DNA of 64,000 nt from Bacilli bacterium (lineage in GTDB: Bacteria > Bacillota_I > Bacilli_A > RF39 > UBA660): assembly GCA_017511805.1 (NCBI GenBank), contig JAFWJA010000013.1, positions 594 to 64,593 on the forward strand, in the 5' to 3' direction. This document shows, one piece after another, positions 31,901 to 36,347 of the stretch; positions within the stretch are counted from its first letter, which is position 1; each line of letters starts with the position of its first letter. The position numbers and the translations under genes are program-made. A model generated the notes under the pieces. That model saw only the letters and a program-made list of their open reading frames with translations, did not search any database and was not told the DNA's origin.

Positions 31901-33594
31901 TTCATAATGATTCATATGCATATAGCAATATATTTGCTGAATTAAATAATTTAAAGATTAGAACTATAAAGAAAAAATCTGAAAGAGAATATAGTCCAAG
32001 TTCTATAAATAATGGTGTAAGTACAACATTATTTATAAATAATAGTACATTAGATATAGAAAATGTTAACTTTGATGTATATAACCTAGTTGAAGGAACA
32101 AGTAATTCAGTATTAACAATTGATGGTTCAACTATTAAAGGAGATAATAAAGCAATTAATAGTTCAGGTGATATAACTGTAACTAATTCAAGTATTGTTT
32201 CTCCATATGGTATAGATTCTAAGAAAGACTTGGTATTAAGTAATTCATCAATTAGATCTACAAATCAAGGTATAATTAATTCTGGAACAATGACTATTAC
32301 TAATTCATCAGTTTCAGGAACATCATATGGTATATATGTTAATTCTTCTGGAAATAGTACAGTTACAAATTCAGTTATTAAATCTACATCAGTATCTGTT
32401 TATAAACAAGGTTCTGGATCAATAGATTTAACAAATGATACTATGACTGGTAGTGTTCAAAATAGTGGAGCATCAAGTACATTAACTGTTACTGGTGGAA
32501 GTATAACTGGTCAAATATCTAACTCAGGTACATCAACATATTCTAAAGTACCAATTACTTATACAAGCAATTATTACAATGCAGAAAACTTAATTAATAA
32601 CTCAGGTATATTAAACATGAATGAATCAGAAGTTACATTTAATAGTACTTATGCATCAGGTTCAAGTTATAGAACTAGTGCTCTATATAATACAGGAACT
32701 GTTGATTCATATAAGACTAAATATAATGTATTCCATACAAATGGTTATTATAAATGGATGATAGGTATTAATAATAGTGGTTTATTAACATCTAATAGAG
32801 ACTCAATTGAGATAACAGGAGCAGGTGCTTCATATGCAATCTTAAATGATACAAGCAATGATTGTACTATAACTAATATCAATATTAATTCTCATGATAA
32901 TGGTAGTGAAATATATGGTATTAGAAACTTAAGAGGTAAGATTAATCTTAATGGTGGTTCTGTTTCAATGAACAATAATACATTTACTCATGGTCTATAT
33001 ACTAGTGGTACAAGTAATACTATTGTTACAGATACAGTATTTACATTAACTAATAACTCTAATAACAGTAAAGCAATTTACATGCAAGATGATGGAGGTA
33101 CTGTTACAGTAGTAAGAGGTACATTTAGTGCAAGTGCTACTGGTGAAGCAGATGCTATATATATGGATAATGGTACATTAAATATTCAAGATGGTATATT
33201 TAACGCTAACTCTACTAGTGGAACAGCATATGGATTAAAGATGTCTAATGGTACTGCTACTATAGAAAAAGGAACTGTTAGTGCACATGGTACAAATGCT
33301 TATGGTATTTATATGACTAGAGGTACTTATACTCAAGGTATTCCAGATAATTCAGGATATGAAACAGCTGATGTATCAATTACTGATCCTCATATTGAGG
33401 CTATTGGTACAACAGAAGGTACTGGAATAAGTATGGGTTCAGGTTCATTCAATTTCTATGATGGTATTATTATAGGTTCAACTAGATCAAGAGTTGCGGG
33501 TGACATAGTAACTAATACAGATACAAACTTTCAAGTTAAGACAGATATAGATGAGAACAACTATAGTTACTCTATACTAGAATTTATAAAGTAG
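10417..33594 (+). CDS. Giant exported modular protein (7,725 aa): SipW-type signal-anchor and TasA-like module, Flg_new repeats, about 11 beta-helix-like modules, nine glycine-rich (ALK/LTK-GRD-like) domains, no C-terminal wall anchor
   Basis: Single uninterrupted ORF of 23,178 nt with an RBS aaaggtg upstream. Strong internal repeat structure. Ten F/Y-Y-D/N-G-x-[ILV]-x-G module caps at approx. 13108, 14353, 15448, 16861, 17359, 18097, 19825, 22144, 24468 and 33454. Nine W-G-A-[QS]-G motifs. Confidence 0.9.
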   Translation: MNKLVNLIRNNKTKFILFAMAILIASITLVTALLSSNLNINGTAYIEESSWVIYFTDVRKSTDSVASDNDARIVNYEKTKIEFSADLHRGGDFYEFTVYTVNDGSIDAMVDSIEKSALTEEQLKYLEFNVTYDDGRQIQRCDPLDAGTRRRVKAIVKYKDGIDMSDYPDEDVHLDLFFNINYVQKDNACTPQDFGDEHVLTIVPNGGIYQGRTDEIRVYLEEGDTYTFTEPTREFYNFTGWEGDPAEGTYTLEDKVFTMGKENVTMTASWEEGDYVARIMNVYYPSIQLAFDAAGNTWEDNTVYLLKDTTEDPTNNTDESFVFNLGGHTVTGTLTNSVDGNLTIVNGRFENEDENEITVRNYGILTMGVDDDDVQVESSIAICGETIGLQNEAGSEFYFYDGYLQAVHALVGGYTDKADGYYVIVDYRKSINKDRVYLVKNNNRAVAKTTTNGDLYYYNLQSAIEEVEGNKKDNPSLTDSDYIITAIRSFEAAYEIDVHNNSRIFFDTDGYNIDFGENITNDGYFNIYNGQDSISTLKMAKTIANNGSLIINNLLFEETTNSNIINNTGTLAITNSTLHSKYGNAVNNSANGTVSLDNNTSLKSDDGYGLNNSGSNLTIGAGTIYGFSNSGTATITGGNYITFVDKTQNEYNTRYTNGIYNTGTINMNGGSVQNNISTNPIVNRGTFNYYDGDLDSSTTLIENYYGTVNILDNEISTTGTAINNGTVNINGGDLISDTTTITGSTNVTVTSGEVKSNEGTAISISGSVNVNGGTVTGKTQAISTNNFTISSGTVTSEGAGVSASSSNVSGGTITSSGVGLSTTNLSMTGGTITSTDNTGVYVSNDGTITGGNINGDLYGLYTNNKITLGSNDENISTDSPVITGNSYGLYMNGNDNNFYDGFIKGQVDSYEGEFTGLPLGGFVAREEQTISDTNYVVSYVSFYENWLRVGENEYNTIDAASDAITGESGTIEVIKDAEINFEQTFKANSTKVITFDLNGHNITTTQNITNSSLVNLTITDSGNVAFNAKTGFINNGNVTFEGGTYTSTNPYIVTNNNVVTIDGATFTTNRDVINNGSRTLIINSGTLNGSTVVSNSYGSVTMNGGTINATNYGIINGSFEMNGGTINSNDYGTAYTTVHIIDGTIHTTNTAIFSYGTSTNIEGGTITSDNSTAVDGRRYVSISGGTITGTIGVYHTTYSDGYYIYQDNMSITGGTITGTTGEGIITYCGTLTYSDATTTGNTNGLVVSYDTNNYGATAVILFGTIKGNTNGILNNDTLVLGTNDETISKTIPLIMGGDYGVYNNDNRNATFRFFDGILKGLEDGHYGLVTEIPDASMVVDDYEFIDRVEYQTEYIGEQADWIRVGTRTFNSINKAADYIGESGTMYLMHDVSISFDQELPTGKDITFDLQGHSLMMTNSLKVSGTGTIIDSVGNGGITNIKQNVFNVTGNLIVNSGTYTATNTNTISNSGTTTINGGTIRSTKDGALGIYTTGTTNVTGGSIDAPRGIENNGGTLNVSGGTVSGTNGIAITTNATTSISGSAYVVSSTTDGVYVSNGETTISGGTIKSLGGTAIHQNDYYNSTLNVTGGEIEGNYNGITSGTGTTNISGGHIVGITNVGINAGGTNYITGGTIEGATYGVYSNGTTTLGNNDGTISIDEPSIKGELYGLYIYSGTVNFYDGILKGITDAYKNEITNIPDRTEIFNDVERIDNYDYKTAYLLTESVIAINTTTNEEYTNLQDALDEAKTGETVKLLANVPLYYEVINNNDDPIILDMNGFRITTNKRIINNKNLTIKNDGENDSFIRTSSGINLITNTETLNVYNVEIINNSSSVYVINNTGTLSLTESKVTGINDISSSNSVTLDHSIISSSNIAINTSGSLNVTGGSISGSYYSVYANNNKTNTLSECTITGTYYNQGGNSTTFNYVTMNSSIQNYSSTITANGSVFNYSILNAGTFTLQNNSTLNGVISQNSGTLSAINSTINSSSDRVIYNSGTMNINNTNVNVDRDYGDSRIFNNNGTLNITNGSTISGGASTTGASYMGIYSYGSGNATIEDSNIILNSRSNVYGVYVDSTNSHVTIKTGNIEVTGSTSYGAYLSAGTFTMGEVEVGEHSGTEDADVSQTNPKVQSIGRAQGIGVKHNNANFEFYDGIVWGSKYSKPDITTLVELNYEVTTYVDMDNGYEYSVLEFMKHDYQDSVAILNNVYYRDVQSAIDKCESPNDEILLLRSTSENTLNIPEGASVKINLNGYSITTKVTNNGTFNIYNGSLQSFDEVTVTNNGTLIIGKNDGTISSTNVRIISESTAIQNNGTVKMYDGYIQGVPSINGTIDEIPNLSRIYTEVTDQMERKYLQSLSEEAIISGETKLIITIDPNGGSYNGSKEVQDVYENYHVPYTLSTPIKNGCTFIGWEISDPSVLSGTGTEQDPYVITLELSDITLKAKWSINDDVVAQIGNEYYTTVMSAIEDAKDNDTITILKDVTEDVTNNKNVTIDLNNNTITGAFINNGILRLINGVIENANGTGLVNNKTLTMGERDGVVVTDSVKIMGTTLGLEQNGSFNFYDGYIEGDVAMLGRTNSVPNGYFLYNERNVIKNCQRVYLIGNPANAVAVIEEGGTQYFFSLQDAINTATVSGSEIFIVRDFEATYTITVDEGADILINMNSYNITTGNDITNNGTLKIYDNSENKGSITSARTITNNGTLTIEDISITESNTDNIAINSVANSSLNIKNANITAQNGYAVKSLGNLKLEGDYNLDSNDYALYAGGTTEDITTGNIAGMELYSDLNIGGTVNVISKTAAIAIRQPVNLTIDGGYYKTINSNSGIYNEGGSSTITMNSGTIEAYYGFSCSSGTTTYTLNGGTITASDQGARMYSDNCNLTVNDGSITGTNYGVYTYGQSNKININGGTITATSYDGIRDDRSKNTTSSDGEYPYFSKINVLGGTVTGARYGIYEIYSRTTIGNAEVKTTSTSNSYYAIYNGDWSNLYINDGAFVNAPYACGIYCSGGVDILGGRVVTGHNNGYGIYSNFMGLNMSGGSIEATGNSSYGIYSNSNYFKMNMTGGSITSKNIGVALVNSGNYTREFTMTGGSIQGDTYGVYQTQNFTTTIGNAEDELSTTIPYITGGLYGYYKTAGTAYFYNGRLRGLTYGYNDIFNNIRTKMDIAEVTETSDIDQNIKTYSVSEYSSTPESNTPKAGAGYAKITYLDDSGSVYTQNQQFDYPYMGSEDTFIPLDSGRYSIEVWGAQGGTYDSTYYGGYGGYSYGEIELSAGETLYINVGGQGSYTGSIVDGGYNGGGSGRYRGGSGGGATSIATASGLLSELENNKASILIVAGGGGGGAYTNSANGSAGGSGGGFEGADSIINARGDNVPNGFGKGGTQDHAGCASNSKNYCGAFGQGGTSTMDTSYYGSGGGGGGYYGGGTGYYDGGAGGSGYNGNSRLTNKVMYGYSVPMTNDVWINNYLVERAGFIEVNGETFNSFDDASEYIIDNLNGVGTMNIVKDATVQEVSTISGTTITLDLQGHVLTTTKTINNEADLTVEDGSTLKTGKIEDNKDNAFTNKGSITLDGVYVKSTGYNVINGSTGTGSIVLKNGSTLEGARGILLNAAQSVTMSDTTIIATTDAIRSDAAATVTINSGTITSSDVGIRLQTDNNTLTINDITLTGTNYGVYNYGQSSVITINDGTITANNYDGVRDDRSKSTTTSNNEHIYFSKININGGTVTAGRYAVYDIYSYVNVSNAELKSTSTSYAVYNYDWGIFSLNDGAFINSPNGDGVFLNSSIYIHDGSRIYAGHTSAYGIGGYYINVVMDGGSIETPGSNAYGIRDTQYECNINISGGSITSGNIGVGLNNSGNYTRQFTMTGGSIQGDTYGVYQTQNYATTIGSEEAELSTTIPYITGGLYGYYKTAGTSNFYNGRLRGSTFGYNDEFNNIRTKKTIVTEYESGTIDSTLTYSTDQVSEYPISNYAKAENGYVKLTYLGETVGTCTNNQVYEFDYTGEEETFTVECPGDYKIETWGAQGGSYSETYRGGYGAYSTGTISLVLDEVLYINVGEQGYHCEVNSGRCEGTYNGGGVAIAGNQDSSTGGGATSIALSSGTLYELGQNSLQSDVIIVAAGGGGTGQTGYGGEGGGLLGSSGTASNLDYNHLYGGTGASQTTGGTRESGGLCGSSGLNSTGQFGLGGASADSSCGGSGGGGGYYGGGGSLRQHNGAGGGSSYIGHSRLSDAVMYGYKVQSSAGVWVNNYLGDMEGFLQVGSEVFNSFEDANAYIVENLSGTGTINVIKDATITESITFPESTNITVDLKGHKLITSNTIINNSSLVIQDTVGNGVIHNKKGDTIQNNLNLTVDGAKLKTSADAVIWAKTGTGVLLIKGNSVLEGSRAIVLDSAQKLTVSDTYMHTTSDAIRSNVANANITINSGTNIDAGDLGIRLQNSGNTLVVNGGTIKGTNYGIYSYGATNTITINDGIITGTNNDGIREDYTSSGGTLSVLGGTVTGGRYGIYCYGELLTVENAEVKTTSANRDHYAIYTSWGTTHINDGAFINAPDASGIWAEDDLYIEAGSRIFAGNRSAYGIAERWSNTFVINGGTIETPGYNAMGIYSYDNLVNLTMNSGTITSGHIGLYLNTSSNYTRVVNIYGGSISGETYGIYQPQNYTTTIGDNESELSTTVPYITGGLYGIYNTAGTVNLYSGRLRGQTYGYYNAINDIREEKVIKEEIEGNEDIGVTSTYSVNTSSSTATAKIPKAGAGYVRITYLDETNATYTQNQTFEYSYLGSEETFTPLVTGNYSLEVWGAQGGSINSSYLGGYGGYSYGEIELTANETLYINVGGQGSYGSSSIPGGYNGGGIGTGGYCNGTRYAASGGGATHIATSSGVLSSLENDKSSILIVAGGGGGSSSYGAYGSGGSGGGFKGANGQFTLSGHSYSQYATGGTQTSGGIFGNSYALQKNVVSGSFGQGGNLDTRSCSEGSGGGGGYYGGGSALFGTGGGGSGYIGSSRLTNKAMYGYSVPITYGSWINNYLSDPKQTILNVEQDVTYSNLQTALDEVEDGETLQLLDDISITYDLETQENINFTLDMNGYNLDTTKQITNNSNMKIINSTVDSTEEEEIVVETSESIYYYNGTKYNNLYTENTYQVDQATFETNYIDLPNDGSGYYIVYTDTIDLSQYNTIIVKKTNFVGTRAKFAENPNLVGNVGDTISPTWQNISGDIYAADISSYNDGNKKFYIDADSGENAGYVYYIAFSSKTLSEVTEDSSFVDNPTVTYSKAFNYTGNEQVFTAPEDGVYKLESWGASGGDAIWSDSVRYPGGYGGYSTGTISLHKGDKLYINVGGAGTDDCREDCDGGYNGGGIASGSDGAGYGAIYVITAGSGGGATSIATETGLLEDLESKKSSIVLVSGGGGGSLIHRYENAENWWQGYGGSAGGFESTAGAIPVAGRSISPTVATQTTPGTGYSQSSYYGQGSFGKGQDGNLHKDVANCAGAGGGYYGGGASGYTSTSGGSSYINTSVLNNAYMMCYNCTESNTTETKTISTTNTASTPTSEYANEGDGYVLITSINAKENNDQTFNYTGSEEEFTVPVSGIYKLETWGAQGGAAICNNGDCESTPGYGGYAVGEIYLSQGTKLYINVGGKGGKGTLNACSTGGYNGGGTGTNDGGSCGSTEDNEASGGGGGATSIATTSGLLSTLENNKNSILIVSGGGGGASYNYDSGSGGGAFGGITSTTNQTEVSQTTGYAFGQGQNATGAGDSDGVGGGGGGYYGGYSNNVSFKSAGSGGSGYIGNSRLNTKHMACYDCDISSESSSKTISVTDVSETPVANYAKIGDGAAKISFVRTTSTVEFDYTGDVQQFVAPETAKYKIEAWGAQGGSTDLNSGGKGAYTSGIIDLNKDDVIYVYVGATPGDDSRSVAAYNGGGLSSGEPEYSSGGGGATDIRLVSGTWNDQSSLASRIMVAGAGGGAYTYELSNFKFDGGAAGGLEGATGEYSNTCASTGGTQTSGGTCSSNNSTAGSFGQGGNSVGGRASGGGSGYYGGAARYDAPGSGSGAGGGSSYISGYRGSIAITSGSDLTPKTGCTSGTNDIECSYHYSGKIFTNSKMIDGASTMPTHDGTSTMVGNSGDGYAKITKVEASPITEFDYTGDVQEYTVPATGTYKIEAWGAQGASQTDTNGGAYTSGTITLTKDTKLYIYVGEKGNYTRTATFNGGGVGGLSNESNPDDLGNSGGGATDIRLVKGTTWDDSSSLASRIMVAGGSGGGADSLYETAGEYSIAGGLTGGSGGYYSGHSYVGQNGQGGTQTAGGAAGVNHYSASGTNTSGSFGQGGSSQSTSAYKGSGGGGGGYYGGGAGGSTMSGGAGQGGGGGSSYISGYKGSVAITSEQDLTPKSGCSDGTTNVECSYHYSGNVFKNAIMKDGASTMPTHDGTSTMVGNSGDGYVKITFIENDPVTEYGYTGTAQEFTAKKTGKYKIEAWGAQGSSRPDNRSGGPGAYTSGILDLNQGDTLYVYVGGTGASEKNNGAGNTIPYGEYAFNGASGGNYTCYSYNNTTAYNNYGGGATDIRLVSGNWDDSTSLASRIMVAAGGAAANENADGVPGGALTGYDGIHGTGGTQTSAGGPRSGSFGKAGIPVYGGYRCNGSIASGAGSGYYGGGAYDQDRDNNGMGSAGSGSSYISGYKGSVAITSASDTSPKTGCTNGTTDVTCSYHYSGKVFTNTSMRDGASSMPTHDGEGTMTGNEGDGFVKITYIEEKEEVRPVDFDYTGSEQVFTAPKTGTYKLETWGAQGGGPGTINNKVALGGYGGYSTGEITLNAGDTLYINVGGKGTYGRSDPQTGGYNGGGNVSNRHGDSNEVRASGGGATSIATSTGTLYELGQNSKQGDVVIVAGGGGGSHLNSVSSSYSYGGSGGGFIGGGSSGVGDGTYNLNNGGTQLEVGSSSTSWGVSDYGDFGKGASASQNGAGAGGGYYGGGVGVRGSGGGSGYIDTSVLANAKMVMYQTDQGYKSTEPETYTDITSDVNEEAVSDNAKSGDGFARITYVPDNGENITEEVISVTTVTNFTYDSVLNNQYDEMVVSNGKLISTVANSGNASVTYYNNPIRVTTTKVNNMTIMGSIDYYNNKDDNSLGTLYVGLSKTNSNNIDFDYYDEYEIDSTTAKTIDFEFTPDEVGDYYFKIILVHNDSYAYSNIFAELNNLKIRTIKKKSEREYSPSSINNGVSTTLFINNSTLDIENVNFDVYNLVEGTSNSVLTIDGSTIKGDNKAINSSGDITVTNSSIVSPYGIDSKKDLVLSNSSIRSTNQGIINSGTMTITNSSVSGTSYGIYVNSSGNSTVTNSVIKSTSVSVYKQGSGSIDLTNDTMTGSVQNSGASSTLTVTGGSITGQISNSGTSTYSKVPITYTSNYYNAENLINNSGILNMNESEVTFNSTYASGSSYRTSALYNTGTVDSYKTKYNVFHTNGYYKWMIGINNSGLLTSNRDSIEITGAGASYAILNDTSNDCTITNININSHDNGSEIYGIRNLRGKINLNGGSVSMNNNTFTHGLYTSGTSNTIVTDTVFTLTNNSNNSKAIYMQDDGGTVTVVRGTFSASATGEADAIYMDNGTLNIQDGIFNANSTSGTAYGLKMSNGTATIEKGTVSAHGTNAYGIYMTRGTYTQGIPDNSGYETADVSITDPHIEAIGTTEGTGISMGSGSFNFYDGIIIGSTRSRVAGDIVTNTDTNFQVKTDIDENNYSYSILEFIK
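20055..20810 (+). repeat. Glycine-rich domain copy 1 (WGAQGG type)
   Basis: YSIEVWGAQGG (tgg at 20137)...LYINVGGQG...GGGATSIA...ILIVAGGGGGGA...GSGGGGGGYYGGGTGYYDGGAGGSGY. Confidence 0.8.
22375..23150 (+). repeat. Glycine-rich domain copy 2
   Basis: YKIETWGAQGG (tgg at 22453)...LYINVGEQG...GGGATSIA...IIVAAGGGGTG...GGSGGGGGYYGGGG. Confidence 0.8.
24700..25470 (+). repeat. Glycine-rich domain copy 3
   Basis: YSLEVWGAQGG (tgg at 24781)...LYINVGGQG...GGGATHIA...ILIVAGGGGGS...GSGGGGGYYGGGS. Confidence 0.8.
26200..31490 (+). repeat. Back-to-back array of six glycine-rich domains (copies 4-9)
   Basis: W-G-A-[QS]-G codons start at 26275, 27169, 27988, 28867, 29800 and 30718, a spacing of 819-933 nt. 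Each unit begins F[DN]YTG..[QE].F..P..G.YK[IL]E.WGA and ends G[DE]G[YFA].[KRL]I[TS]. Confidence 0.85.
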
Positions 33595-33602
33595 GTGATA
33601 AT

Positions 33603-34397
33603 ATGAAGAAGATGAAAGAAATTTACAAAAAATTTATTGCTTATGCTAGTAAAAAAGAAAACTTTGGAAAGGTATTACTAGGAATATTACTTTTAATATT
33701 CCTAGTACTTACCATTATTTATTTTATCGGTACTGGTAGAATAAGTAAGATAGAAGAAGAAAAGATTACTAGAGAAAGTGCAAAATATTTAAGTTATATA
33801 GAGGATATAACAGAGTCTGATAGTGATGAAATAGATAAGTACATTATATTTGCTTTAGATTATTCTTTATATAATGAGAATAATTCAAGTATGACTTCTG
33901 AAGAAATATCAAAATTTATAAAAACTAATTTAAATATAGATGTTGATAAAGAAAAGATTATTAATTTAGGTATTACAGAAGAAATGCTTGCAAAGAATAT
34001 TACTTATGATGCCGGTAAAGATATATATACCATTAATCAAAAAGAAGTAACTGGTAAACAAATAAGTGAGACTAAAATTATTTATTATAAGTTAAATAAT
34101 ATTAAAAAAACTACAAAGTCTTCTTATAAAGCATTTTATGATAAATATGTTATTACTAATCCATATGATATGTTAAATTATTATATTGATAAGAATGCTG
34201 AAGAAGATAATAAAGAAAAAATAGTAGATATTACAGCAATAAGAAATTATTTACTTGGTTCTAGTAGTGTTTCAAATGTTAAAGAGATAATAAAGAATAA
34301 TGAAGATGATTTAAGTAAATATGCTGAAACAGATGGTAGTGTTACTATATCTTATAGTCTAGTTGGTGATGAACTAGTTATAGATGGAATTAATTAG
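33603..34397 (+). CDS. Single-pass membrane-anchored protein, unknown family; paralog of the next gene
   Basis: 264 aa with one N-terminal TM (VLLGILLLIFLVLTIIYFIG). It shares IIFALDYSL..., ...LGITEEMLAK... and ...YDKYVITNPYDMLNYY with the 34406 product. The gene starts 8 nt after the giant ORF stop. Confidence 0.7.
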   Translation: MKKMKEIYKKFIAYASKKENFGKVLLGILLLIFLVLTIIYFIGTGRISKIEEEKITRESAKYLSYIEDITESDSDEIDKYIIFALDYSLYNENNSSMTSEEISKFIKTNLNIDVDKEKIINLGITEEMLAKNITYDAGKDIYTINQKEVTGKQISETKIIYYKLNNIKKTTKSSYKAFYDKYVITNPYDMLNYYIDKNAEEDNKEKIVDITAIRNYLLGSSSVSNVKEIIKNNEDDLSKYAETDGSVTISYSLVGDELVIDGIN

Positions 34398-34405
34398 GTG
34401 ATATT

Positions 34406-35170
34406 ATGAGAAAAAAGAAAAAGAATGATATGATTAATATTGGTAAGTATTCTATCAAAAAAACAATATTGTTAAATATACTAGTTTTATTATTAATAGT
34501 CAGTTTAATATTTATATTAATATATAATTTTAAATTAACTAATCTTGAAAGAGTAAAAATAGAAGAATTTAATAAAAGAACAGAGAATTACATGGAAGAT
34601 TATGTAGATTCTGATGATGATGGTAAATATATAATTTACGCAATTGATTATTTAAGTAATGTAAATAATCAAAATGAAATTTCAGTAAAAGAAGTATTAG
34701 ATGTTATTAATGATACTTTTAATGAAGAGATAGATGAAAAAAAATTATATAGCATTGGTATAACTAATAAGATGCTAGAAAAAGGAATTGTATTAGATGA
34801 TAAAAATAAAAAGTATATTATTAGTAATGTTAGAACTAGACAAGATATCGCAGAAGAAAAAATAATAAAATATGAACTTATTAATATATCTAAAAAAAGT
34901 AGAAATAAGTTTGTGTTAACATATAAAAAATATGTAATAGATGATCCCTATCAAATGCTGAATTATTATAATAATTCGGATAGTAAAACATATGATGAAA
35001 AAATAAGTAAGACTATTATTTCTTATTTAAAAGGTGAATCTGATGTTTATAGTGTAAAGAGTATTATTAATAAGGATAATATAGATAAATTTGGTAAGGA
35101 AGATGGAAAAAGAGAAATTACTTTAATTGTTAATAGTAATGATAAATTAACTATAGAAAAAATTAAATAA
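34406..35170 (+). CDS. Single-pass membrane-anchored protein, unknown family; paralog of 33603..34397
   Basis: 254 aa with an N-terminal TM. Carries IIYAIDYLS..., ...IGITNKMLEK... and ...YKKYVIDDPYQMLNYY. Confidence 0.7.
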   Translation: MRKKKKNDMINIGKYSIKKTILLNILVLLLIVSLIFILIYNFKLTNLERVKIEEFNKRTENYMEDYVDSDDDGKYIIYAIDYLSNVNNQNEISVKEVLDVINDTFNEEIDEKKLYSIGITNKMLEKGIVLDDKNKKYIISNVRTRQDIAEEKIIKYELINISKKSRNKFVLTYKKYVIDDPYQMLNYYNNSDSKTYDEKISKTIISYLKGESDVYSVKSIINKDNIDKFGKEDGKREITLIVNSNDKLTIEKIK

Positions 35171-35203
35171 ATATGTTATCATATTATATAATAGGAGTCA
35201 TGT

Positions 35204-35755
35204 ATGAAAAATAATGTATTCAAAAGTGGTTTTATATCAATATTGTTTGTAATAATATTAATTATTTTTCTAATTATGGGTAAAATAGAATTTGCTTTAA
35301 TAACAATAGTTTTACTTATAATATGTTTATTAATATTCTTTATGTCAGTAAGAACTATTAACAAACCTAATGGATATTTTTATGATTATATTCATAATAT
35401 CCTGGAACAAAATGAAAATATATTAGTAGAAATTGATAAATTTCCTAGTTTTACAAATAAGAAGATATATAGGACTACAACAATAGAAGATTTATTTAAT
35501 TTAGAAAAAACAGTAAAAAAACCAATTTATTATACTTATAATAATGATTCTTATGATTTTATTCTTATAGATAATAAAAAGATATATGTTAATACTATAA
35601 AGAAAGATGAAAAAATAATATCTTGTTTAGATTTATATCTTAAAGAGTTAAATGATAAAAAAAATGCATATAACTTGATTGAGGATTTAGACAAGACGAC
35701 TATAATAAAGGTCGATAAGGATAAAGAATTTATTGTTTATCCTTTGAATAAATAA
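35204..35755 (+). CDS. Small two-TM membrane protein, paralog of 9832..10395
   Basis: AGGAG at 35193-35197 precedes the ATG at 35204. Carries ...IEDLFNLEKTVKKPIYY... and a ...DKTTIIKVDKDKEFIVYP C-terminus. Confidence 0.7.
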   Translation: MKNNVFKSGFISILFVIILIIFLIMGKIEFALITIVLLIICLLIFFMSVRTINKPNGYFYDYIHNILEQNENILVEIDKFPSFTNKKIYRTTTIEDLFNLEKTVKKPIYYTYNNDSYDFILIDNKKIYVNTIKKDEKIISCLDLYLKELNDKKNAYNLIEDLDKTTIIKVDKDKEFIVYPLNK

Positions 35756-35783
35756 AAAATAGATTACGAAGGGAGTAAAAAAA

Positions 35784-36347
35784 ATGAATAAGAAATCTAA
35801 TTTTTTAAAGAAAAGATCGTTTGTAATTGCATTATTTCTATTATTAATTGCAGGAATTACATTAGGATATTCTGCATTACAAACACAACTTGAGATTAAC
35901 GGTAATACAACAATCGACGCAGTAGGATGGGATATCCATTTTGCTAATGTAAATGTAACACAAGGATCAGTAGCTATTGGAGCTGGAAACCAAGCAGCAA
36001 CTATTGATTCAGAAGATACAACTAAGATGAGTTATAACATAACATTAAAAAATCCAGGAGACTTTTATGAATTTACAGTTGATATAGTTAATGCTGGAAC
36101 AATTGATGCTAAAATAAGTGAAATTGTTGCTGATCAATTAACAGCAGCTCAAGATGTATATACTAATTATACAGTTACATATACAAATAATACTATTCCT
36201 GCCGCAGAAGATAAACTAGCTCATGGACAAACTAAAACTTTAAAAGTTAGAATTGAATTTGATACAGATATAGATCCAGATGATTTACCTACAGAAGGTG
36301 CTAATCTTGATTTAGACTATCAAATACTATATGTTCAAGATAGATAA
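35784..36347 (+). CDS. Small exported protein consisting only of the signal-anchor plus the shared TasA-like module (candidate major subunit)
   Basis: 187 aa with RBS gaagggag. Collinear with giant-protein residues 1-185. A strong terminator follows immediately. Confidence 0.8.
   Translation: MNKKSNFLKKRSFVIALFLLLIAGITLGYSALQTQLEINGNTTIDAVGWDIHFANVNVTQGSVAIGAGNQAATIDSEDTTKMSYNITLKNPGDFYEFTVDIVNAGTIDAKISEIVADQLTAAQDVYTNYTVTYTNNTIPAAEDKLAHGQTKTLKVRIEFDTDIDPDDLPTEGANLDLDYQILYVQDR

Noticed and set aside
33400-33594. An expected LPXTG-type or other wall-anchoring signal at the C-terminus of the giant protein.
   Set aside because: The protein ends ...DIDENNYSYSILEFIK with no sorting motif, hydrophobic helix or basic tail. 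The same ...Y.YS[VI]LEF[IM]K ending also closes an internal module (approx. 16970-16995), so this is simply a module end.
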